A stretch of 64,000 nucleotides of DNA from Hypanus sabinus (lineage: Eukaryota). Positions 11,400-21,102 of this stretch are shown here, piece by piece. The position numbers were made by a program, and so were the translations under genes. Positions within the stretch are counted from its first letter, which is position 1, and each line of letters starts with the position of its first letter. The notes beneath the pieces are model-generated. The model saw nothing but the letters and a program-made list of their open reading frames with translations, was not told the DNA's origin and made no database searches. The stretch lies in assembly GCF_030144855.1 (NCBI RefSeq), contig NC_082731.1, positions 24,180,001-24,244,000 of the forward strand. The letters run 5' to 3'.

Positions 11400-14300
11400 G
11401 TTGGTGGCGGAAGTGTCGCAAGGAGGGGTTGCAGATATTGGTGAACTGAAATCTTATTGGAATAATTGGCCTGTAGAAAAGTGATGTGTTCAACCAGATG
11501 TCGGAGGTGTTGTGTTTTTGAGCTTCTGGGTTAATGAGTGCTCGCGGTGTCTGGGCAGAGTGTGAAGAGCCTATGGGAAAGATAGTCGCATATCTTTACA
11601 TTGGTTGAGACGTAGTGGTTTCTAATGAAGAAGATGCATCAATTCTTGGAAATGAGATGATGTTGCAATTACAGATGATGTTGTAATCGGTCAAAAGTGC
11701 AGAAATGGCTGTTATACTTTTCGCTGTTTCCATGTTAGAAAAGGGAGAGGGAGATAAAAGAGGTGGGGCTGTAGCATTGGTGATGAGTGATTTTCTCACA
11801 ATTTGGTCCCGGGTCCGGCCATGGAATGACCGTTTACTGAGACTTTCTGAGAGAAAGGTTGAACAGATTTAATTTAATCACGCTATTGGATATATTCCAG
11901 TTATCACACCCAGAATGCAATAGAAAATCTTAAGTAGGATAGGAGGCAGATTTTCAAAAGTTTGCAAGCGTAACAGGCTTGTTGCCATGCGCTAGAAAAA
12001 ATAAAAACACGTTCCTAATATTGCTTGGGACCATCCCTATATAATACAATTGAATGGAGTAGAATGTGATAGATATATCCATGGTAGAATCCTGATATGG
12101 TAGGAAGACTTGCCAACTAGAGGAGACTACGTATTATCTGGAACCTGTTGCTGAACCATTTCAAGTGAAACGTCTAGGTCTAGTGACTAGTAACATTGCA
12201 TTGGACAAATGTGTGGGGTTAGTATATGAATGTGTTCATCCGTAGGAGATCTGATGCTGATGTAGTTATGAAGAACCTTGGGTCTGTAAATTGGAAAACG
12301 ATATATACTCTGCGAAACATCAAACGGAGACTTATTTGAAAATTAAAAAAAAACAAACACACACAAATCTTTGCTATGTTTCTAGAAGGATTGTCACATC
12401 GAAGCACGGATAGAAGAAATGGGTAAGGTAAAATGGATCAGTCTGTGTTACTCAGTCAAAATAATGAAGAACACATACAGTTGAAGTCAGATGTTTACAT
12501 AACCTTAGCCAATTACATTTAAAGACAGTTTTTCACAATTCCTGACACATAATCCGAGAAAACATTCCCTCTCGTACGTCAGGTAGGGTAAGAACTATAC
12601 TTTAAGAATGTGAAATATTAGAATAATAGTTGAGAGATTTATTTATTCCAGCTTTTAGTTCACATTCTCAGTAGTTTACAAGTTTACATCCACTTTGTTA
12701 GTATTTGGTAGCACTGTACTTAAATTACTTTACACGGGTCAAACGTTTTAGGTTGCAATCCAAAATCTTCTCCCAATAAGCTGCTGGAATTTTGTTCCAT
12801 TCCTCCAGACAGAACTATTCTTTGTGAGTCAGGTTTATAGGCCTACGTGCTCGCACACAGTTCTTCTTTTCAAATATTCCCATACATTTTCTATCCGATT
12901 GAGGACAGGCTTTGTGATGGCCGCTCCAATTACTTGGCATTCTTGTCCTTAAATAATTTTGCCATAACTTTGGAAATATGTTTCAGGTCATTGTCCATTT
13001 GGAACACCCATTTTCGACCGAACTTGCTATTCCTGGGTGATGTTTCAATATATCCACATAAATTTCATTTCTCATGATGCCATCCATTTCGTGAAGTGCA
13101 GCAAACCCTCCTGCAGCAAATCACCCTCACTGAATAATAATGCCACTCCCACGATTGAGTGGTATTGGGATGGTGTTCTTGGGTTTGTAAGCCTCACTCA
13201 ATTTCCTCCAAACATAGTGAAGGTCCTTATGGCCGAACAGTTCAATTTTTGTTTCATCTGACATTTCTCCACAAAGTACGTTCATTATTCCCATGTGCAA
13301 ATGCAAACTGTAGACTGGCTTTTTATAGCGATGTTGGAGCAGTGGCTTCTTCTTTGATGAACAGCCTTTCAGGGTATATCGATATAGGACACGTTTTACT
13401 GTGGAGATAGATACCTGTCTACCTGTTTCATCCAACATGTTGACAAGCTCCTTTGTTGTTGTTCTGGGATTGATTTGCTACATTCGCGGCAAAGTACATA
13501 AACCACTCGGAGACAGAAGTGCTCGGAGTCCTTCCTGTGTTGTATGACGGTTGCGTGTTCCCATGGTGTTCAAACTTGCGTACTATTGTTTGTATAAATT
13601 ACCGTTGTACCTTCAGCTGTCTGAAAATTGCTCTCAAGAATGAACCAGAAATTTGGAGATCTACAATTTTTTCCTGAGTTCTTAGCTAATTTCCTTTGAT
13701 TTTGTTTGTAATCTTCTAACCCACTGGAATTGTGATATAGACAATTAAAAGGGAAAGCTTCTGTCTGTAAACAGTTGTTGGAAATATTACTTGTGTCCTG
13801 CACAAAGTAGGTGTCCTAAAGGTTTTGCTAAAACTGCAGATTGCTGATATGAATTATGTGAAATGGTTAAACAATGAGTTTTATTCACTTCACCCTAAGT
13901 ATAAGTGAACTTCTGACTCCAACTGTACAAAGGCGTTTGGATAGAAAGTTAGGAATGGGCACATGAGATTTTAAAACTGGGCAAGAAATGACCAAAGAAG
14001 GGTCTTGCGAGTGAAAGATTGAGACATGAGAATGCTAGCCGAGTGGGATTAACGTATCATCCATGATGTTCTGCCCATACAAGAATAACATGAAGCCAAG
14101 CAATCTCAATATAGGGCCTGTCAGGTACGAAATTGGAAACATATATGCAGTACCNNNNNNNNNNNNNNNNNNNNNNNNNNNNNNNNNNNNNNNNNNNNNN
14201 NNNNNNNNNNNNNNNNNNNNNNNNNNNNNNNNNNNNNNNNNNNNNNNNNNNNNNNNNNNNNNNNNNNNNNNNNNNNNNNNNNNNNNNNNNNNNNNNNNNN

Positions 14301-14820
14301 NNNNNNNNNNNNNNNNNNNNNNNNNNNNNNNNNNNNNNNNNNNNNNAAAGAAGATAACAAATTAGTGAGTGTACGGAGGAGATTTACTAGAATGTTACCT
14401 GGTTTACAACACCTAAGTTACAGTTAAAGTTTGAACAAGTTAGTTCTTTATTCTTTGGAGCGTAGAAGGTTGGGGGGGGACTTGATAGAGGGATTTTAAA
14501 GGGACATTTTATGAGGGAGATAGATAGAGTTCACGTGTATAGCTATTTCCATTGAGAGTAGGGGAGATTCAAACAAGAGGACATGTGTTGATATTTAGAA
14601 GGCAGAAGTTTAGGGTAACACGAGGGTGAACGTCTTTACTCAGACAGTGGTAGCTGTGTAGAACTTGCTTCCAGTAGAGGCAGGTTCGATTTTATTATTT
14701 TAAAAAAATGGATAGATCTATGGCGAGGAAAGGAATGGACGGTTATGGGCTGAGTGCAGGTAGGTGGGCCTAGATGAATGTGACTGTTCGGGACGTGGTA
14801 GAAAAGTTAGATGGCCAGTT
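11400..14820 (+). mobile_element. Old CR1 LINE in the CH1-CH2 intron, interrupted by the Tc1 element
   Basis: Endonuclease-like segment at 11590-11790 (aaaagaggtggggctgtagcattg) and a 3' end at 14350-14800 similar to the copy at 29870-30300. Confidence 0.65.
12478..13925 (-). mobile_element. Tc1/mariner DNA transposon, Sleeping Beauty-like, decayed
   Basis: TIRs CAGTTGAAGTCAGATGTTTACATA (12478) and CAGTTGGAGTCAGAAGTTCACTTATAC (minus strand, 13925), with TA duplications at 12476-12477 and 13926-13927. Transposase fragments KSKEIS*ELRKK, MLDETGRQVSISTVKRVLYR..LKG.S.KKKPLLQ and SDETKIELFGH..YVWRK..EAYKPKNTIP. Confidence 0.93.
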
Positions 14821-15047
14821 TCCGTGCAGNNNNNNNNNNNNNNNNNNNNNNNNNNNNNNNNNNNNNNNNNNNNNNNNNNNNNNNNNNNNNNNNNNNNNNN
14901 NNNNNNNNNNNNNNNNNNNNNNNNNNNNNNNNNNNNNNNNNNNNNNNNNNNNNNNNNNNNNNNNNNNNNNNNNNNNNNNNNNNNNNNNNNNNNNNNNNNN
15001 NNNNNNNNNNNNNNNNNNNNNNNNNNNNNNNNNNNNNNNNNNNNNNN
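14155..15047. other. Assembly gaps (14155-14346 and 14830-15047); others at 21925-22149, 23773-23934, 25638-25821, 33370-33662 and 44235-44505
   Basis: Runs of N. Confidence 0.99.
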
Positions 15048-15551
15048 TGGACAACGGCGAGTGTGACATCAGCACAGAAATGCCTATTCTGCCAGATAAT
15101 ATCAATTTTGAGAAGGTCAGTGCTGAATCGTCAAAAATTTGGCTATAAATCAGATGAGCTGGAGGGCTATAGAGGAGAGGTATGCACTAAGGTTACCAGA
15201 GTAATTCGTGTAAGATGGCGGTGGCCGTTTTGTACTCACTGGTCACAAGAGTACAACGAGAAAATTCAAGGCCTGCAAATATTATTTTTATGATGATGAA
15301 TGTTGATAGCAATCAATACCCACATTTTCTGCAGTGTTGTGTGAAGTGGGGTATGATTGTCCGTAACGATTATGTATATATATATAAATATATATATTTC
15401 CCTGGAAAAGACGGCAGTAGTTTCTTTATTCTGGCCAGTGACTTTATACGAGCAGTGACTCCAGCTACATGGTTCCCAATGGTGGCATGTAAGCCAGCGG
15501 AGTGAATCTGTGCCTTACATCTGCTACGTTCGAGAATTTTCTCCAACTTAC

Positions 15552-15583
15552 CTTGCGTTAACTGAGAGGTAGGAGGAACTCGA
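15552..15583 (-). other. Putative 32-nt micro-exon between CH1 and CH2
   Basis: AAACTTTCTGTTTCAG | TCGAGTTCCTCCTACCTCTCAGTTAACGCAAG | GTAAGTTG: near-consensus acceptor and donor. Function is unproven. Confidence 0.4.
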
Positions 15584-16313
15584 CTGAAACAGAAAGTTTG
15601 TAAGCCATGAACATTGCAAAGACAGATATATTGGAGGAATGTTTGACAGTGTAATGCTCGTTAAATGTTCACAAATATATTGGATGAATGTGTCAGATTG
15701 ATTTTAACGTGGTTGAAAAAATCGGTGCAATAGATAAGCCTATTCTGCGCTGTACTAGTCTCTGTGTTATATTTTGTGTCCTTTTTTTTAAATAAATAGA
15801 AAGTATCAGTAACAAAAACTGTTGATGATCACTTGATTTGGAACTGCACAAACAGAAAAAAAATATTTAAGATGTTTCAAATTTACGAAGCGCTTTGCAT
15901 TTTCTGGCACAGTTCTTATTACTTTATAGAGAGAGAAAAACAGAATAACGAGTTTGTCAGACTTCCTGTATTGCTAGCATGCGTATGTTTTGAGACAGAC
16001 CTCACAGTTAAAAGCCTCTCTTTCCAGTGGATGTTCAAACAACTGGGCATTATGTAAGTAGAGAGCTAAGTTAATGAAAACCGAACTACAGATATGTGTC
16101 ACACATGATAATTTCTCTGTACGAAGGATGCAAATATGCGTTACAAAATAGCATCTTGTCGTCCAAAGGCATCCTGCAGATTGCATGAGTCTTGTAGAGA
16201 AGAATCTTTAGAAAACGTTAACATATTTACACTACAATTAAAATATTTTTTTCATATTTTTGAAACTTATTTTCTTTGCATGACTTTGAGCAACATTTTA
16301 TCCCAAAACTAAC

Positions 16314-16610
16314 CTGGCATTTTGACTTCCTTGACTGAATTTTGATGTTGAACGACACAATAGATGGCGCTGCCCCCAACTTTTGTCTCTGTGACTGTTA
16401 ACTGGCTGCTACGTGTGTAAGTTCCTTTCTTGTTCAAAACAGCCGGATAGGTATTCATCCCTGCAGTGATTATCGCTTCATCTTTCTTCCATGAAATGAT
16501 GATACCCACCGGGGAGTAATCCGTCGCCAGGCAGCCGAAGGTGACTGATCCAGTGGCACTGGTTTGCTCACAGGAAAGGAGAGGGTAGAGGGTGGGTGCA
16601 GACTCTTCTG
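16314..16610 (-). CDS. IGHM: IgM CH1 exon (intact)
   Basis: Acceptor ttatttcag|CA, 297 nt open: AEESAPTLYPLLSCEQ...FGCLATDYSP..ISWKKD...YCVVQHQNSVKEVKMP. Donor G|GTTAGT. Both domain Cys, the Trp and the N-terminal Cys expected to link the light chain are present. Confidence 0.95.
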
Positions 16611-16642
16611 CTGAAATAACATGATCACAGAAATAAGTTAAA

Positions 16643-16772
16643 ACGAGGAAATCTGCAGACGCTGTAAATTCAAACAACACACAAAAAATGCCAGTGGATC
16701 AGAACAGGCCAGGCACCATCTATAAGGAGAAGCACTGTTAACGTTTCGGGCTCAGACCCTTCGTCAGGACAT
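16643..16772 (+). mobile_element. Short Penelope-derived repeat with a 12-bp target-site duplication
   Basis: ctgcagacgctg...acgtttcgggctcagacccttcgtcaggac resembles the terminal sequence at 27760-27870. Flanked by aaataagttaaa at 16631-16642 and 16773-16784. Confidence 0.65.
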
Positions 16773-17679
16773 AAATAAGTTAAACGTTTTAATTTTGACT
16801 TATTCGATACACGAAGAAATACAATGTTTAATACTCAGGAAATAATTATCCAGGTTTCTGCTTGCCAACGCCGTCATAACCATATGTTAAACTATGCGCA
16901 TAGAGTTCAAATATGTTCCAATCACAGCAGAATACAAATAGTATCTACTTACGGTGATGTCGCTCGTTAAAAACTAAACATTCAAAGCAGTCCCTGGTCA
17001 ACACGGCAGGATAGATCTGCTTGTCAGAATCAAGTAATTTTCACCCGCATGTGCTCGAGCTCTAGTCATCATCGGCGGAAAATACCTTTTCACTTTATTT
17101 TGTATCTGCTCCTGCCTACACTTATACTCTAGACAGCAGCTATAACGATGACTACACATTAAACGGCAAGAAGAACAGACATACCTATATGTTGCAAATT
17201 TAGCGAATACAATCGAGGATTCTGCTATTTTAGTGTCAGTCAGCCACTTGAAACTGAGAGGTTATTTCGAAAAACGTCTGAAACGTGCTACAGTGCGATC
17301 CCATGCAATTCAAGGTAGCATTCTGCAGAATAACCGTTGTCTCAATTAGTTAACTGTAAGGGTATACACAAAATCTGTATATTTCACACAGTGCAATCCC
17401 ATGCACGAGTTTAGTCAAGGGATTCATAGTATTCACAAAATTCACTTATTTATGTCTCCAGAGCTTCTAAGCATTTTTGGGGCATGATCAGATCAGTCGA
17501 GGAAATGTTGCTTAAAGATTCCTAGTTAAATCTGATATCTATAAAACTGGCACACAGGTTGCAAAGATCTCACTTGTGAGATTTAAATGAACACTCTCGT
17601 AATAGCATGTAACTGAGAATAAGGAATATTGCATATTTTCACAGGAAGCATCCTACACAAGTAAATCTATCAGCAAATG

Positions 17680-17815
17680 TTTATGTTATCAGATCGTACA
17701 GAGCACGACAGCAGACTGCACCACAGTTACACGTTTTAATTTCGTCCGGCCGTATTCGAGCCAGGCGCTGCTCCCCTCGAAGTCCAGTGCAATTGCCACT
17801 ACACCACCGTCTGGC
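17680..17815 (-). mobile_element. tRNA-derived SINE head in the J-C intron
   Basis: Pol III A box TGGTGTAGTGG (17806-17796) and degenerate B box GGCTCGAATAC (17762-17752). Confidence 0.6.
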
Positions 17816-20057
17816 ACAGTCACACAGGATTAGAATAACATAGATATTCCTACAGATGTCAATGACCAAATTTTTACTTCTCTATTTGAATTGTAATCGC
17901 TTACGCACAGAGAGGTATGTCCGTGGAATAATCTATCATTTGTAGTAGGAAATGCACATACATGAGCGACATTTAAGAAACTATTAGCTACCCACATAGT
18001 TAAAGAAAAATCTCGTGTGTTATACTTCAGGTTAGTTTGATTGGAGTGAAGATGAAGAGTTCTGCACAATGTTGTTGGCAGAATGGCCTACACTGTGCTG
18101 TAGACTTCAAATTTCCCAGTCTTATACACTGGAAATATTTGGGGTATACCAATAGACTTTAAAAATTAACTGAACGACTCTTCAGTCACATCTAAAGCCA
18201 TTGTTCTGTCAAAATGATATATCAACGCAGCTTCTGACTCCGTCAATGTTGCATGTTCCATGTATTAAAAAAGTAAGCCATGCTTCATTTAATCATAAAC
18301 ATTTACATTCGGCACTTTTAAATATTCATGCTGATGTTAAAATTTAAATTAATAATATTTAAATCAACAAAATGTGGATAATACATTAATTGTGCATTTG
18401 CGGTATTTTCGTGTGCAATTTATAAGGTAGAAACACTTGCCGCTTCTCTCATCGAAAGATCAAAACCCGCAATGCAATCTCCACTACTACTCGCATTTAA
18501 TAAGCAATGCCACTCCTACCCTGATCTCAGAATTGAACCCTTCGATACAATTTCACTGCAATGATTTTAGAAGAATATTAATTCAATATCACTGATTTGT
18601 TTTCAGTTTAGAAATTATTAATATAACCCACAATATCACAATAGGAACTTGTTTTCATGTACTGAATTTAACAGATAATGCCGTCCAGGCATTCCAACGA
18701 TATTAGTTATAGCTTCCACTTCACATAATTTGAAGTTATTCGGAATGATTTTCCTATTGTTTGGCTGGTGAAACTCAGATTTTTTTTTTCATATATATGA
18801 TACCCATAATATATTCTGGTGTTTGGATTAATGAGTGGATATAAAATTCCGCCGTATAAATTACACTCTTCAAAAAGTATCTAATGTTTAACTTCAATAT
18901 ACCACGTTTCTTTTTGTCCTCTAATTACAATAAAATAGACAAATATTTATTATCTACGTCAAACGAAAGCAGAAAAAAAACAGTTGCTTCAGATTAATCA
19001 TGTGACCTTAAGGGGTATCAGATGTTTCTGATCATTTGGGGCACCGCTTCTACATTTTGAAACGATTGGGCCATTTTAAGACGATTTTTCTACCTCCGAG
19101 TAATCCCCAGTTCCACTACTCCTCAGGCGACGCTCGCAACCCTGTATAACAACTGATCTCGCAGAATCATTATTTTATACTGGAAGAATCTCCTTCTGAT
19201 TCATGATTTCGTGATCTGATTGTCAGGATTCAAACCCAAAAATGGGGCCTTTTAACTATCGGATCCATGATTTTCTTCCATGAGAAGAAAATGATCTGTA
19301 CATCAACTTTATCAAGGTATTTGCGAACAAAAATGTCTAACAGCTTAGAAGCCACAAGGCACTGAGAGGAAAGAGAGCACGCATTTCCTGAGATAACGCT
19401 AAATATCTGACAATTTTTGAATTAATATTCAATGCATTGCTTCATAAGTAACAACATTTTGTTATTAACGTGATATTATTTCTAGTTACAACACCACGAT
19501 AAATTACTTTATATGAATGCATATATTCTCGATTCCGTGATTCTTCAACTGCTGCAGATTTTAGTTAGAAATAAAAACACAACTTCCCCTCGGCACGCCC
19601 TGTTTGGAGCTGGTTCAGTAGTCAATAATGCAATTCCTCTAATGAATGCATTTGTTTATACAAGAGGATCTATTGTACTCTCATTCGTGTTCTAATTTAT
19701 TCTCCGCAGATAGGAGAAATGGATTGAAATGGAAAATTTTTCATTGTGAAGGATGGGCATATATTGTTCAAGTTTCTGAAAGCGACAATCCAAACAATCT
19801 GAAAGGAAAATTGTGTTGAAATGGTGGCGGGTTATATTTAACTGAGCAATAGTTTTAGTGTCGACGTATCTGAAATAAAATGAAATCCACAATCTCTTTG
19901 CAGCAGAATAACTAATTATTTCACAAAACGACATTAATCGAGAGGTCAATTGAAGGCAAAACATAACCAGAGGGGGAAAAAAAACAATCCAAATCACAAG
20001 CTAAATATGGAATTAAATTGAAACAGTTCAAAAACAGAAACAAATTTTGCTTCTTAC

Positions 20058-20105
20058 CTTCTGTCACCATCAGCTTGGTGCCTCCTCCCCAGTAATCAAG
20101 CTCAT
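20058..20105 (-). CDS. IGHJ: JH segment (ELDYWGGGTKLMVTE)
   Basis: W-G-X-G motif, directly abuts the heptamer, phase-1 donor G|GTAAGA at 20057. Confidence 0.95.
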
Positions 20106-20144
20106 CACAGTGATGTATTCCAATGGCTGCATCACACAATTACT
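20106..20144 (-). promoter_or_regulatory. Recombination signal sequence 5' of JH, 23-bp spacer
   Basis: Perfect heptamer (plus-strand cacagtg 20106-20112), 23-nt spacer 20113-20135, nonamer ACAATTACT (20136-20144; 6/9). Confidence 0.85.
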
Positions 20145-20464
20145 GGCTCTGTAAGTAACATGCATATTCGACAATTGTATATATATATATTCAGTATTCA
20201 AAAATTACTAATATTCAATACTAGAAAGATGAGTGCGTTAAAGGAATTTTTAAACAATAGATAACGCAATACTGTATTTCAGACTTGCTGCCGAAATATC
20301 CTGAAAGTTATTGGCAGATAAATGAGGTGTATATCCAGGCTGGTTCACTCAGGGTAAGTGGTGTTTTGTGCATAAGTACAAACAGTAGATCAGGAAATAT
20401 ATCGAAATATATAACGAAAGATAAAAAAAATCACTCAACTAAAACACATAATTTGCGATCAGTA

Positions 20465-20492
20465 TGTTTTTGTGTTGGACCGTCACACTGTG
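20465..20492 (-). promoter_or_regulatory. Recombination signal sequence 3' of V(D), 12-bp spacer
   Basis: CACAGTG (20492-20486) + TGACGGTCCAAC (12 nt) + ACAAAAACA (20473-20465; 8/9 to the consensus nonamer). Confidence 0.95.
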
Positions 20493-20808
20493 TCTCCCCG
20501 TATTTCTCTCGTACAGTAATAGACAACGGTATCGTCCGTTTGCAACTGGCTCACATCAACTGTGAAAATATTGTTTGCGAAATCTTTGGACGGAGTGAAT
20601 CTGTTCTGGATCCCCGCGGCGAAATACTTCCATGAGGAACTGTGGTATGCAAGGAGCCATTCCAGCCCTTGTCCAGTGAACTGACGAACCAAGTGCATAT
20701 AGTAGTTATTGAGATCAAACCCGCTGGTTTTACAGGTGAGCTTCACTGATTGTCCGGGTCTGACGGTCTCCACCTGGGGCTGAACCAACACAACATCGGA
20801 ATGGGCAC
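20493..20808 (-). CDS. IGHV: VH exon (IgM-type VH) with a fused D-like 3' extension
   Basis: Acceptor ctacag|GT. Reads AHS-DVVLVQPQVETVRPGQSVKLTCKTSGFDLNNYYMHLVRQFTGQGLEWLL...DDTVVYYCTREIRG. Both canonical Cys are present and the frame is open. Confidence 0.96.
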
Positions 20809-20967
20809 CTGTAGGTTAAAAACAGATTTAAAAAAAACCTGAAGATCAATATCAAGACATTGACGTTTATCTGTGGAATTTATAAGGTGCTACTGTGTTA
20901 ACCGAACGAAATGGAAGATTGCCTGATTCGAAAGCAATGAGAAATATTTGCAACTCAAATTACGCAC

Positions 20968-21013
20968 GGGTTAATAAAGCCAGAAACACGCCGACTGAAG
21001 TCAGCGATTTCAT
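20968..21013 (-). CDS. IGHV: IgH leader exon 1 (MKSLTSVGVFLALLT-)
   Basis: ATG at 21013-21011, 46-nt hydrophobic signal exon, phase-1 donor C|GTGCGT. A 159-bp intron joins it in frame to the VH exon (R-AHS|DVVL). Confidence 0.9.
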
Positions 21014-21102
21014 CCTACTGACGAATTCAAACGGAGCGACTCTGTACAGCATTTGATGGCCTCCGAATGCGGCGAGTTCGAACTGTGGAGCGATGGCCGA
21101 CA

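Larger units (their letters stand above)
6469..21013 (-). pseudogene. IGHM: Elasmobranch IgM heavy-chain cluster (L-VD-J-CH1-CH2-CH3-CH4/sec-TM1-TM2), germline VD-joined, with lesions in CH2, CH4 and TM1
   Basis: Nine exons or segments in the expected order with GT/AG sites. The C domains match shark IgM CH1-CH4 as recalled (e.g. [35 protein letters not shown]). There is a frameshift at 10980-10985 and a TGA at 9010-9012. Confidence 0.9.

Noticed and set aside
8902-16610. Possibility that the locus is IgW or IgNAR
   Set aside because: Four C exons with Cmu-type sequences, the GKPSFVN..MDT..CQ tailpiece and an IgM-type VH fit mu.
17387-17393. Perfect heptamer cacagtg in the J-C intron
   Set aside because: No nonamer at 12- or 23-bp spacing.
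20145-20464. Search for D segments between V and J
   Set aside because: I found no cacagtg/cactgtg-like heptamer pair with nonamers; the interval is plain AT-rich spacer.
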